Assembly (NCBI GenBank): GCA_043812935.1
Contig: JBDRLO010000040.1
Location: forward strand, 7,779 to 71,778
Source of the DNA: Candidatus Omnitrophota bacterium
Lineage (GTDB): Bacteria; Omnitrophota; Gorgyraeia; Tantalellales; Tantalellaceae
Direction: 5' to 3'
Length of the DNA stretch: 64,000 bases
In this document: positions 28,687-38,733 of the stretch, piece after piece
How positions within the stretch are numbered: the first letter of the stretch is position 1
How the letters are laid out: every line of letters starts with the position of its first letter
Program-made: the position numbers and the translations under genes
The notes under the pieces: model-generated
What the model was told of the DNA's origin: nothing
The model's database searches: none
Seen by the model: only the letters and a program-made list of their open reading frames with translations

Positions 28687-31263
28687 ATGTTAAAGAAAAT
28701 TATTTCAATACTACTTGTTTGTGCGTTTTCATTAAATACATTGGCATTTGCAAATAGCGGAGAAATGTTGGCCGCTTGGTCAATGTTTGATAATCCGCAG
28801 GATGAGCAATTGATTAGGATAGGAATTTTAAATTTAATGGAGCAGTGGAAAGAATATCCATGGGCATTCAGTACAGGAATGCCGGTAGACATTGAAACTT
28901 CCGTCAACGGCAAAAAACTGGTTGTATGTCTATCCTATCCGATAAAGATGAGCGACACAGCTGCTGGTTCTATATTCCAGTGTTTAATTGGGCAAAATAA
29001 ACGTAAATATTTTGTGTTTATTGATCCGTTGACTGAAAATCCTAATATTCATGATCGACGAATTCATGTTTTTAATTATTTGGAAAATTTAGAAAAATTC
29101 GAACCGCAAAATATAGAGAAATACGTACTGCATGAAATATGTAAAGATAAGCTTCTTCGAGAATTACATGAAAAATCTGTTGATGGGAAACGTTCTGACC
29201 TGATAAGACTTGGAGCAGAAAGTATTCCTATGCGTAACGTCATTGACTTCGTCGATGCGCTCGAGCATACATTATTAAAAATGAATCCGATAGATCACCA
29301 GTGGGGTCCTATTACCACTGAATTGATTCAGTTTTGCAACGGAAACTTGAAACATGGAAAGATTACCGGCGTATTTAAAGTTACCGGGCATGATGATCTT
29401 CCTTCCGGCGAGATTGACCATGCTTCAAATATTGCTATCCATGTGAAAGACAGAGTGGACAAAACCAAATTGGAATTAGCAATCTTACATGAGGTATTTG
29501 CTAAACTCGGAATTCCGGATTTTATCAACAATACCCCGGAACTCGCATATCTATTGAGGGACGAATATATAAATTGGAAAAATAAGGCAAAGTTTTATCC
29601 TGAAAAAATAAGAGACAAGATCGGAGTGCTTTCAAGATGGAAAATAGAACTTGAAAATAGCCGGTTTGTGGATATGGATACCCTAAGAAACAGAGATTTG
29701 GCAATGCCTGACAACCCGCGCCAACATACATCTGATAATTGGGAAGACGTGAAAGTTTCTTCCGATCCGCCTGAGTCTTTAATGGATGCCTTCAATTGCA
29801 CCAATCTTGATGATATTCTTTGGCTTTCTGCTCATGATGCGAATCACCTTCAGAATTATATGACCACAAGTACCGATAAAACTGCGGACATTTCTGCGTT
29901 ATTAAGCTATATCACAGGGAGAAATCACACTGTAATGGATAAATGTGTCTCCGCTAATGGAGATTTCTATATTTTTACCGAAAGTAGAAATAACTTTGGT
30001 AATAGTGATTTAGTCTTGTGGAGGTTACTAGATAATGGGGAAAGGATTCTTATCCCAAAGATCAATAAAGGATGGGCATTCAGGAGTACTCGTCCGAACA
30101 TAACACGTAACGCAAGTTTAGCTGTTCATAAAAATGGATCAGTTATAGTGGGAACAGTTGACGATGGATTTGTGAGGATTTATAGCAATGGGTACATGGT
30201 TAACGCGTTACGAGTAGATAATGGATCAGTCAATGTACAAATAACAAGAAATGGGGGAATTGCAATTGCTACGGGGAATGATGTTAACGGAGACGGCATA
30301 ATTTATTATGTACGATTCAATACTTCCGACACAGAAACTGTAGCAAAACATTTTCAAATCACAGATAAAGAGGTCAATATAGAAAATGTCATAACATGTG
30401 ATGACGGCAGAATCTTCATAACGGGAGTTTCAGATGATGGAATGATAAAAGTGTGGAGAATCGAAAAAGATGATACGATACATTCTATAGAGTTCAATCA
30501 CGCAGAAGCGAAAATTAAGGAAATTAAGCCGTTTATTAACGATAAAGGCATTTTCTGCATATCATTCAAAAATGTAAAAAACAATCATACATATCTATCA
30601 CGTATAGACAAAACAGGTGAAGTGACTTCATCTTTGAAAGAGGAGGTTATCGCAGAACAGATACATAGAAAGAACATTGAGATTGGACGTGAGATTGCCC
30701 CAAGTATCGGAGAAAAACAAGTACTTTGCCACATTATTGCAGATTCAATTATTCCAGGCGAACTCGAAAAACAAATGCTACAGAAGCTTGAACAGGAAAC
30801 AAGGAAAGATAAATATAGCGAAAAGATATTCCGGCTGGAAGTTAAAGATACTGAGGATTTTGTAGAGAAATTGACAAAAGAAATGAACGATCTGAGAAGC
30901 AATTATAAGGAAAAAGGGATTGAGGTTATATTCGATGTGGCTGTACCCGACACAGGTATCAATAAGAAAATAGAGAAAAAACTAAAGACAAAAGTGCTGG
31001 CGTTCCGGGTGAATAAAAAAAGTTTTGTGTATGTAGAAAGTATTCTCCTGGCTCTTCGAGCTTTACATTCGAACAGTCTGAATAGACTTTATGAAGTACA
31101 TAAATTGATAACGGGCACAGAATTAAAACCTTCAAAAGACATCACCAATATACAGGATTTTATGAGAGAAGTGGTTTTTGACCTGCCATATTGCCGATAT
31201 CTTGACTATGAGATCCGAATAAACTTAAATAACAATATCAAGGAAATGATAAAACATGCGTAG
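28687..31263 (+). CDS. large secreted protein of unknown function (858 aa) with a beta-propeller-like middle region
   Basis: Signal peptide MLKKIISILLVCAFSLNTLAFA followed by an LAAWS box. Repeats such as DGFVRIYSNG and DDGMIKVWRI; C-terminal alpha/beta-looking module. RBS AAGGGAG. Confidence 0.7.
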   Translation: MLKKIISILLVCAFSLNTLAFANSGEMLAAWSMFDNPQDEQLIRIGILNLMEQWKEYPWAFSTGMPVDIETSVNGKKLVVCLSYPIKMSDTAAGSIFQCLIGQNKRKYFVFIDPLTENPNIHDRRIHVFNYLENLEKFEPQNIEKYVLHEICKDKLLRELHEKSVDGKRSDLIRLGAESIPMRNVIDFVDALEHTLLKMNPIDHQWGPITTELIQFCNGNLKHGKITGVFKVTGHDDLPSGEIDHASNIAIHVKDRVDKTKLELAILHEVFAKLGIPDFINNTPELAYLLRDEYINWKNKAKFYPEKIRDKIGVLSRWKIELENSRFVDMDTLRNRDLAMPDNPRQHTSDNWEDVKVSSDPPESLMDAFNCTNLDDILWLSAHDANHLQNYMTTSTDKTADISALLSYITGRNHTVMDKCVSANGDFYIFTESRNNFGNSDLVLWRLLDNGERILIPKINKGWAFRSTRPNITRNASLAVHKNGSVIVGTVDDGFVRIYSNGYMVNALRVDNGSVNVQITRNGGIAIATGNDVNGDGIIYYVRFNTSDTETVAKHFQITDKEVNIENVITCDDGRIFITGVSDDGMIKVWRIEKDDTIHSIEFNHAEAKIKEIKPFINDKGIFCISFKNVKNNHTYLSRIDKTGEVTSSLKEEVIAEQIHRKNIEIGREIAPSIGEKQVLCHIIADSIIPGELEKQMLQKLEQETRKDKYSEKIFRLEVKDTEDFVEKLTKEMNDLRSNYKEKGIEVIFDVAVPDTGINKKIEKKLKTKVLAFRVNKKSFVYVESILLALRALHSNSLNRLYEVHKLITGTELKPSKDITNIQDFMREVVFDLPYCRYLDYEIRINLNNNIKEMIKHA

Positions 31264-31439
31264 TCAATGCAACTAAACCGTTAACTCCAGACTATAAAAA
31301 ACAAGTTATACGGCATAAATACAATACAAACTTTAACGTCTAATAAATCTATAGCTAGATTTCCGTACACCTAGTTATAAATTTTGAGGCATTGATTCTT
31401 GTTTGCAACTTGTCGGCAAGATTCTTTTCATTGTTAAAG

Positions 31440-33926
31440 CTAAACGTTTATGCCCCAAATCTCGTTTGAGTATTCAGCCACTGTCCTGTCACTGGAAAAC
31501 TTTCCGGAATTAGCGGTATTCATGATTGATTTTTTTGTCCAACCAGTAGGATTGTTATAAGCTTGTGACACTTTCTCCTGTGTAAAAATATAATCTTCAA
31601 AATCGGCAAATACCATATAGGGATCATGCCATATCAAACTCTCACATATTGCCTTAAATATTCCAGGTTCAAACTGTGAAAAAAAGTCTTCCTGCAAAAG
31701 ATTGAGTGCCTCTTTTAAAAGAGGGTTTCTATTCAAATATTCGCGCGGGACATATCTTTCGGATTTAAGCTTTACAATCTCTTCAGCTTTAAGTCCGAAA
31801 ATAAAAATGTTTTCTTCGCCGACAGCTTCAGCTATTTCTATATTAGCCCCGTCCCATGTCCCGATAGTCACCGCACCATTAAGCATAAACTTCATATTAC
31901 CCGTTCCGGAAGCTTCTTTCCCAGCGGTAGAAATTTGTTCGGATAAATCGCTTGCCGGAAAAATTTTCTCAGCAATTGACACACAATAATCTTCAAGAAA
32001 AACTATTTTGAGCTTATCTTTAACATCCGGATCCTTATTAATAACCCTTGCTATGTTGTTTATAAGTTTTATCGTCAATTTGGCCATTCCATATCCCGGA
32101 GCGGCTTTACCCGCAATAATAGCAGTTTTGGGAACAATATTATGAGTCAGATTACTTTTTATATTTAAATACTGCGCGATAAGATATATAGCAAATAAAA
32201 CCTGCCGTTTATATTCATGAATACGTTTCACCTGTACATCAAACATCGAGTTTGGATCTACCGTTACTCCGGCACGGCTTTTAATAAACTCAGCAAGCCT
32301 GATTTTGTTTTGTTTTTTAATTGATTTCCACTTACCCCTAAAAGCACTGTCAGGAATAAATGTTTCCAGTTTTTTAATTTGGGAAAGATTTCTTATCCAT
32401 TCATCGCCTATTGTTTGCGTAATAAAATCAGACAAAAGGCTATTGCTCTTTTTAAGCCATCGCCTTTGAGTGATACCGTTTGTTTTTGTATTAAATTTAT
32501 TCGGAAAAAAATCGAAAAAATCTTTAAAAATCGTCGTTTTTAAAAGTTCTGCGTGAAGCTCTGAAACACCGTTTACTGAATGGCTCCCCACAATCGCCAG
32601 ATAACTCATACGAATTTTCTGATCTATACCTTCTTCTATAATAGACATTCGGCGAAGCCTGGCCTGGTCATGCGGATAATGAACGGCAATATCACGTAAA
32701 AACCTCATGTTTATCTCATAAATCAGTTCTAAATGCCGCGGCAATAGCCTGCCGAAAAGCGCTACAGACCATGTTTCTAAAGCTTCCGGCATAATCGTAT
32801 GATTCGTATACGCAAAGGTTTTTGTGGTAATTCCCCAGGCATCATCCCAACCTAAATTTTCTTCATCAATTAAAATCCGCATTAGCTCTACTATGGCAAC
32901 AACCGGATGAGTGTCATTAAGCTGAATAGCAACTTTATCAGGGAAAACTTTAAAATCAGAGTTATGCATCTTAAATCTGCGTATAATGTCCTGAATAGAA
33001 GCTGACGTAAAAAAATATTCCTGTTTTAATCGTAATTCAAGGCCTTTATAAAGATCGTCTCTTGGATACAGTACGCGTGACACGTTTTCTGAATTAATTT
33101 TACTCTCACACGCGCGGATATAATCCCCGTCATTGAAATATTCAAAATCAAATTCGTCCGTACTTCTTGCCGACCAAAGCCTCAAGTTGTTGACAATATC
33201 ATTTTTATAACCCGCAACCGGAACATCAAAGGCTATTGCCAGCATATCCCGGGTATCTATCCAATCCACATAAAACTTACCGTTTTTATCAGTATTCCTG
33301 ACGATTCTCCCGTAAAACTTAACTTCAATTGAATATTCCGGACGTTCAAATTCCCAGGGGTTTCCAAGTTTCAGCCATTCATCCGGAAGTTCAATTTGAT
33401 AACCATTTTTTATTTTTTGCTTAAAAATACCATAATCATATCTTATGCCATACCCCGCGGCCGGAATGCCCAAAGTAGCCATTGAATCCTGAAAACACGC
33501 GGCAAGCCGGCCTAACCCTCCATTACCCAACCCAGGATCAGCTTCCTCCTGATAAATGTCCTGAAGATTCAAACCTAATGACTCCATAGCTTTCTGACAT
33601 TCATCCGTAATGCCCAAATTTATTATATTCTGTTCCAAAAAACATCCCGGTAGAAATTCAAGAGAAAAATAATAAACACGTTTACGGTTCTCATCATGAT
33701 ATCTTTGTTGGGTAAGAATCCATTTCTCAACTAAACGTTTACGGATAGTCATGGCCAAAGCTGTATAGTTATCATAAGCTGTGGCAGTATATATATCTTT
33801 TGCCAAACAATATTTACGGTTGTAAAAAAAATCGCTTTTTATTTCTTCTATCACGATTTCTTTATCTTTAACCGCTTTATCCTGAATATCTTTTTTAGTT
33901 TTTTTAACGCGCACACTAACCTCCAT
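31440..33926 (-). CDS. glgP: glycogen/starch/alpha-glucan phosphorylase
   Basis: 828 aa; LGNGGLGRLAACF, TNHT, and the PLP-site EASGTGNMKFMLNGA. Confidence 0.94.
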   Translation of the reverse strand: MEVSVRVKKTKKDIQDKAVKDKEIVIEEIKSDFFYNRKYCLAKDIYTATAYDNYTALAMTIRKRLVEKWILTQQRYHDENRKRVYYFSLEFLPGCFLEQNIINLGITDECQKAMESLGLNLQDIYQEEADPGLGNGGLGRLAACFQDSMATLGIPAAGYGIRYDYGIFKQKIKNGYQIELPDEWLKLGNPWEFERPEYSIEVKFYGRIVRNTDKNGKFYVDWIDTRDMLAIAFDVPVAGYKNDIVNNLRLWSARSTDEFDFEYFNDGDYIRACESKINSENVSRVLYPRDDLYKGLELRLKQEYFFTSASIQDIIRRFKMHNSDFKVFPDKVAIQLNDTHPVVAIVELMRILIDEENLGWDDAWGITTKTFAYTNHTIMPEALETWSVALFGRLLPRHLELIYEINMRFLRDIAVHYPHDQARLRRMSIIEEGIDQKIRMSYLAIVGSHSVNGVSELHAELLKTTIFKDFFDFFPNKFNTKTNGITQRRWLKKSNSLLSDFITQTIGDEWIRNLSQIKKLETFIPDSAFRGKWKSIKKQNKIRLAEFIKSRAGVTVDPNSMFDVQVKRIHEYKRQVLFAIYLIAQYLNIKSNLTHNIVPKTAIIAGKAAPGYGMAKLTIKLINNIARVINKDPDVKDKLKIVFLEDYCVSIAEKIFPASDLSEQISTAGKEASGTGNMKFMLNGAVTIGTWDGANIEIAEAVGEENIFIFGLKAEEIVKLKSERYVPREYLNRNPLLKEALNLLQEDFFSQFEPGIFKAICESLIWHDPYMVFADFEDYIFTQEKVSQAYNNPTGWTKKSIMNTANSGKFSSDRTVAEYSNEIWGINV

Positions 33927-34061
33927 TAATACACAATGCCAAAGTTCCGCACAATATTAAGTTTTTTTCATCTCTTACTTGATATAAGATATCCAAGTTA
34001 AACGGCAAAAACAACAAGCAGGATAAAACTTATCCATTTTTCAAAACTATTATAGCGTATT

Positions 34062-34982
34062 CTATTTAAAAATTTTAAGAATATCTTTTATTTTGGCAGT
34101 CGCAACGCAAACTACCGTATCTGCACCACCGTAATACAAAAATAATGTATCATCGATAACAACCGCTCCGCAGGTAAACGTAACATTCGGAACAACACCA
34201 TAAATCTCATAGTCTGTTTCCGGTTCCAGAAACGGTTTCTCATACCGGCCGATAACTTTTCCCGGATCTTTCAGGTCTAAAAGCGCAACGCCTAAACGAT
34301 ACTGCATTTTTCTATCTACGCCATGATAAATTAATATCCACCCGTCTTCGGTTTTTATTGGAGGAGCACCTCCTCCGATTTTAAAATATTCCCATTCAAA
34401 TTTAGGGCTCAAAAGCACTTTCTGGTTTTCCCAATTTATCATATCCTCTGAATACGCTATCCACATATGCGGCGGAATACGATGAACCAAAACATATTTA
34501 CCGTTAATTTTTTCAGGAAAAAAGAAAGAGTTTTTGTTATCCACACTCGGAAACGGATAAATCCTTTTTGACCAATTCCATTTTTTATTTAAAAAATCCT
34601 GAACTGAAATAGACGTAATGCCTATTTGTACGCCTTTCATAGGAAATACCATTCCCATACCTGTCCCATAAGCGGAATAATTCAGGAAAATTTTGTCATC
34701 GATTCTTGTTAACCGCGGATCTTCCGTACCCGCGCTTTCCAAATCACTTGCCGGATCCGGCCCGAAAATAGGATAATCTAACCGTTCGTCTATATTAAAT
34801 CCATCACAAGAAGAAGCATATCCTATTCTTGAAACTCCAATTTTAGAGCCCTGCGCCCTGTAAAGAATATGAACTTTACCCCCCTCATAAATAGCCGCGC
34901 AATTGTACGTCATAACGGATTCCCACCCATTTCCCGCCTTGGGAGAAATAATCGGGTTACCTCTAAATCTTTTCAGTACCAT
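34062..34982 (-). CDS. GH130-family glycoside phosphorylase/hydrolase (beta-mannoside type)
   Basis: 306 aa; NPIISP, TEDPRLTRIDDK and the five-bladed-propeller pattern typical of GH130. Confidence 0.75.
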   Translation of the reverse strand: MVLKRFRGNPIISPKAGNGWESVMTYNCAAIYEGGKVHILYRAQGSKIGVSRIGYASSCDGFNIDERLDYPIFGPDPASDLESAGTEDPRLTRIDDKIFLNYSAYGTGMGMVFPMKGVQIGITSISVQDFLNKKWNWSKRIYPFPSVDNKNSFFFPEKINGKYVLVHRIPPHMWIAYSEDMINWENQKVLLSPKFEWEYFKIGGGAPPIKTEDGWILIYHGVDRKMQYRLGVALLDLKDPGKVIGRYEKPFLEPETDYEIYGVVPNVTFTCGAVVIDDTLFLYYGGADTVVCVATAKIKDILKIFK

Positions 34983-35000
34983 TTTACACCCCTTTCAACC

Positions 35001-36077
35001 TTATCCTTTTTTTAAAAGATCTTCAAAAAGCTCTAAAAACCTTTCTGCTGTCGGTTCAGCGGAATAATCTTCCAAATATCTCCGCATATATTTCTGTTGT
35101 TCCTGATATTTTTTACCTTTTTCAAACACATCCACAAGGTTTTCTTCTAAATCGTAAAAATCATGATGTTTTATAATTTCGTTACTAAAAGAATACGTAA
35201 AATTCGAATCCAGGGCAAGAATCGGACAACCGGATCCTAAACATTGAAAAATCGTACTGCCGACTACAACCGTAGGTTTTGACTCTTTATTGTAAATCAT
35301 ACAATCCGAAGCGTAAAGATAATCATACAATAAATCCAGATCCGGAGACTTTTCAATAATTTTAAAATCAAACTTTATCTTATTCTGAATTCGTTTAAAA
35401 GCTTTTAAAACATTTTCTACTTCCGTCACTAAAAGCAGTGTAATATCATATTTGTCTGCCAGTCGATCTAAAACCATTGTGGTATTTATGGCATGTTCCG
35501 CGGCCTGACCGAATAGAAGCACAATTTTCCTGTCTTTGGGAAGATTTAATTTTTCACACGCCTTATTCTTGTTACCCAGCTTTAATGAAAACGACGGATA
35601 AGGAATAATACTTAGTTTTCCTTCAGGATAAGCCTCTTTCAAGAATTTCTGATACCTCTCATCAAAACACACTACATGATCCCATTCAAATTTAAAAAAT
35701 TCAGGTTTGGTCGAAAGTTCGCCGTCATGAACAATATTAACAGTTTTAGCCTTTTTTCTTATTTCAGGAAATATTGCCAACAATTGTCGCATAGGAATCA
35801 TTCCGAGATCCTCGACAACAAAAATATCAAAATCTGATTCCAGTATAGGCGCAATATCTATTTCCGGATTCGGCACACCATAAACAGTAAAACAACGCTT
35901 CACATAACTCTCTTCTTCATCAGCTTTCTTTGTCAGCGCCGTACCATGAAAACTGTGCCGATAAAATGAAAACACTTTCAGATCAATGCCTTTTTCAACC
36001 CAAGCTCTGCCGATAAGTTCCGCATGTATTGATGCGCCGGAATCTGTGTTCCAGGCACACATCATTCCAATCTTCAT
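35001..36077 (-). CDS. putative GT-B-fold glycosyltransferase, family unclear
   Basis: 358 aa with two Rossmann-like halves; no canonical E-x7-E seen. The call rests on the pattern and gene context only. Confidence 0.45.
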   Translation of the reverse strand: MKIGMMCAWNTDSGASIHAELIGRAWVEKGIDLKVFSFYRHSFHGTALTKKADEEESYVKRCFTVYGVPNPEIDIAPILESDFDIFVVEDLGMIPMRQLLAIFPEIRKKAKTVNIVHDGELSTKPEFFKFEWDHVVCFDERYQKFLKEAYPEGKLSIIPYPSFSLKLGNKNKACEKLNLPKDRKIVLLFGQAAEHAINTTMVLDRLADKYDITLLLVTEVENVLKAFKRIQNKIKFDFKIIEKSPDLDLLYDYLYASDCMIYNKESKPTVVVGSTIFQCLGSGCPILALDSNFTYSFSNEIIKHHDFYDLEENLVDVFEKGKKYQEQQKYMRRYLEDYSAEPTAERFLELFEDLLKKG

Positions 36078-36375
36078 AACAACTCTCCTTTATTTTACCG
36101 ATTATAGCACAATGATTTTTGCATCTTACGACAAATATATTCTCAAGTTGTTTCAGAATTTGAACACGCATATTTGAAATTTCTTGAACAGTTGTAAAAA
36201 CAAAAAATGTTTCTCATAAAAAGAGGAAGGTCTTTCATGCCCTTTTTGCACAGATAGAAAGTCCTTGCAATTATGGCGATATTAAGTAATATTATACTGA
36301 ATATTCATAGTTTGTGGCAATGAAAATCGTTATATATATCTTTTGCTTTTTATTTTTAGATTAAGGAATACTGCT

Positions 36376-38280
36376 ATGCATGGAGATGTTTTATTAACAA
36401 GAGCATACCATAAAAAATCAGCACAAAAAATATCAAAATTTTTAATCCCAAAAATATTATCTACTTCTACAAAATGCGTCATTTCCATCTGCGGAGAATC
36501 CGGATCCGGGAAAACAGAAATAACTGAAGAATTGTACAAAATTCTAATTAAAAACAACATTAAAACCATATCACTTCACCAAGACGATTATTTCCGGTAT
36601 CCGCCTAAAACAAACCATAACTTGCGTCGAAAAGATTTATCTCTCGTAGGACTCTCTGAAGTAAAACTGCATTTGCTGAATAACAATATTAAGCGTTTTA
36701 AAGACATTACAACCGTTAAATTTCAAAAACCGCTTGTGTATTTCAACGAAAACAGGATAGGCAAAGAAACTCTAAAGTGCCATGATGCCAAAGTTATGCT
36801 TATAGACGGAACTTATACCGGTTTTCTTAAACACGTTGATAAAAAGATTTTTCTTACCCGGTCATACAAAGATACTGCCCGCACGAGAGTAATAAGAAAA
36901 CGGGATGCTATTGATAGTTTCACCAACAAAATCCTCGCAATTGAACATAAAATTATTCCTCAACAGAAAAAACTGGCTGACATTATCGTCAAAAAAGACT
37001 ACAAAGTAAAGTTTCGTGCCAAACCAAAAACAAAAAAACATATTAAACGAATCTGTATGCTTTCGATACACGGATACGTTGATGCTCATCCTACACTTGG
37101 GAAAACCGATACTGGAGGTCAAGTTACCTACGTACTGGAACTGTCAAAAGCTTTAGCCCAAAAAGGCATCAAAGTTGATATTTATACCCGTCAATTTCAG
37201 AACAAAAGAACTACCGAACATGTATGCCGTAACGTACGCATCATAAGAATACCCTGCGGTGGAAAAAAATTCATCCCCAAAGAAAAACTTTTCCCGTTTC
37301 TGGACACTTTTATGAAAAATATGGAAAAATTTATAAAAAAAGAACAGCTTAACTATGACATCATCCATTCTCACTATTGGGATGCCGGATATGTAGCCAT
37401 GAAACTTTCCGAACGTACAGGTTACTTTTTCGTTCACACTTTTCACTCCCTCGGCGCATGGAAAAAAGAACTCATGGGCGGTAATTCCGAAAAAATGGAA
37501 AAACTTTATCGTTTTCGCCAACGCATAAAGCATGAAAAAACAATATTTAAAAAAGTTAAAGGCTTAGTTATGACAAGCCGTGAAATGATTAATATATCTA
37601 AACGGTTTTACAAATACACCGGCAAAAACAATATTGTTTTACCGGCCGGTGTAAACACAAATTTTTTCCATCCGCTTAAAAAAAATGAAACCAATAAAAA
37701 AATAGACGTTCCACAGAATTATATTTTCTGGGTCGGCAGGTTTGACACAAATAAAGGTTTACTTTATCTTTTACGCGGCTTTACAAAAACAATAAAAAAA
37801 GCCAAAGACTTGTTTCTTGTAATCGGCGGCGGATCTCAGACACCTAAGCCAACTGAAAAACGCTTAAAAAATGAACTAAACAAATTTATTGCTGAAAACC
37901 ATATTAAAAACCGTATTTTTTTCACAAGGCATATCAAAGATGAGCTTATGCCTTCATATTACCGTAAAGCTAAATTTTTTGTTTTACCGTCAACATTTGA
38001 ACCCTTTGGCATGACTGCCGCCGAAGCCATGGCATGCGGAACCCCATTGATCGTGTCAGACCAAGCAGGGATTATAAAATACCTGCGGAATAAACATAAC
38101 TGCATTATCGTTAACCCGGCAAATAGCCAAGGATTAAGTAACTCTTTCCTTTTACTTAATCACAATCAAAATCTTCGTTCAAAAATAGCTAAAAACGGGT
38201 TAAAAATCGCAAAGAATGAATTCAGTTGGCACAAAATAGCAGAAAAAAGTCTGTTGTTTTATTCTACACTTTTAAAATAA
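36376..38280 (+). CDS. fusion protein: N-terminal uridine-kinase/PRK-like P-loop domain plus C-terminal sucrose-phosphate-synthase-like GT4 glycosyltransferase
   Basis: P-loop ICGESGSGKTE and HQDDYF. SPS-like LSIHGYV..GKTDTGGQVTYVLELSKALAQKG and EPFGMTAAEAMACGTP. Start at the ATG with AAGGAA (the ORF is open from 36343). Confidence 0.75.
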   Translation: MHGDVLLTRAYHKKSAQKISKFLIPKILSTSTKCVISICGESGSGKTEITEELYKILIKNNIKTISLHQDDYFRYPPKTNHNLRRKDLSLVGLSEVKLHLLNNNIKRFKDITTVKFQKPLVYFNENRIGKETLKCHDAKVMLIDGTYTGFLKHVDKKIFLTRSYKDTARTRVIRKRDAIDSFTNKILAIEHKIIPQQKKLADIIVKKDYKVKFRAKPKTKKHIKRICMLSIHGYVDAHPTLGKTDTGGQVTYVLELSKALAQKGIKVDIYTRQFQNKRTTEHVCRNVRIIRIPCGGKKFIPKEKLFPFLDTFMKNMEKFIKKEQLNYDIIHSHYWDAGYVAMKLSERTGYFFVHTFHSLGAWKKELMGGNSEKMEKLYRFRQRIKHEKTIFKKVKGLVMTSREMINISKRFYKYTGKNNIVLPAGVNTNFFHPLKKNETNKKIDVPQNYIFWVGRFDTNKGLLYLLRGFTKTIKKAKDLFLVIGGGSQTPKPTEKRLKNELNKFIAENHIKNRIFFTRHIKDELMPSYYRKAKFFVLPSTFEPFGMTAAEAMACGTPLIVSDQAGIIKYLRNKHNCIIVNPANSQGLSNSFLLLNHNQNLRSKIAKNGLKIAKNEFSWHKIAEKSLLFYSTLLK

Positions 38281-38298
38281 CATCCATAGACGTTCTAA

Positions 38299-38340
38299 AC
38301 AACAAAAAGCCTCAGAGGTATTTCTGAGGCTTTTTGTTGT
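38299..38340. terminator. bidirectional Rho-independent terminator between convergent genes
   Basis: 17-bp perfect stem ACAACAAAAAGCCTCAG / CTGAGGCTTTTTGTTGT with an 8-nt loop. The GC core is flanked by A5 and T5. Confidence 0.8.
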
Positions 38341-38360
38341 CAATAATGGGAGTTCTAATA

Positions 38361-38603
38361 TTATTTGTTTTTTGGTTTAGCCGTTTTTTTAATTTTTGCG
38401 CTTGTTGTTTTTTTTACCGGCTTTACAGTTTTTTTCTTTGCCGTTTTCTTTAAAAGTTCTCTGATTTCAACGGTATTCATTTTATCCAGCTTTTCTTTAG
38501 CACAGCCTGCAACTACAAGTCTTCTCTTCTGTGAGGCCACCTTCTGTTTCTTTTTAGCTCCGCTTTTTTTTGGACGAGAACGGTAATTTTTGCGCGGTTT
38601 CAT
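38361..38603 (-). CDS. small lysine-rich basic protein with a central HeH/SAP-like motif (nucleoid-associated candidate)
   Basis: 80 aa from the ATG with AAGGAGA. Central LDKMNTVEIRELLKK is flanked by K-rich tails (KKTAKKKTVKPVKKTTSAKIKK). Confidence 0.6.
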   Translation of the reverse strand: MKPRKNYRSRPKKSGAKKKQKVASQKRRLVVAGCAKEKLDKMNTVEIRELLKKTAKKKTVKPVKKTTSAKIKKTAKPKNK

Positions 38604-38667
38604 ATCTATCTCCTTATTACTCTTAAAGTTAAGCCATTTACACAAAGAACCGGCTTTTAATCTCATT

Positions 38668-38682
38668 ATCACAAATTGTGAT
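38668..38682. promoter_or_regulatory. 7-1-7 perfect palindrome abutting the -10 of the basic-protein promoter
   Basis: ATCACAA-A-TTGTGAT. Confidence 0.5.
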
Positions 38683-38683
38683 T

Positions 38684-38711
38684 ATTATACCCAAATTCCA
38701 TCCCTTTGCAA
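38684..38711 (-). promoter_or_regulatory. candidate sigma70 promoter of the basic-protein gene
   Basis: Minus strand TTGCAA (38706-38711), 16-nt spacer, TATAAT (38684-38689). Confidence 0.55.
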
Positions 38712-38733
38712 CACATTTTTTTCTCTCTTCCAA

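Noticed and set aside
28530-28913. ORF 28530-28913 (minus, 127 aa), plus ORFs 36330-36569 and 56093-56293
   Set aside because: They overlap the start of, or run antisense to, better-supported genes or regulatory hairpins. No RBS and implausible composition.
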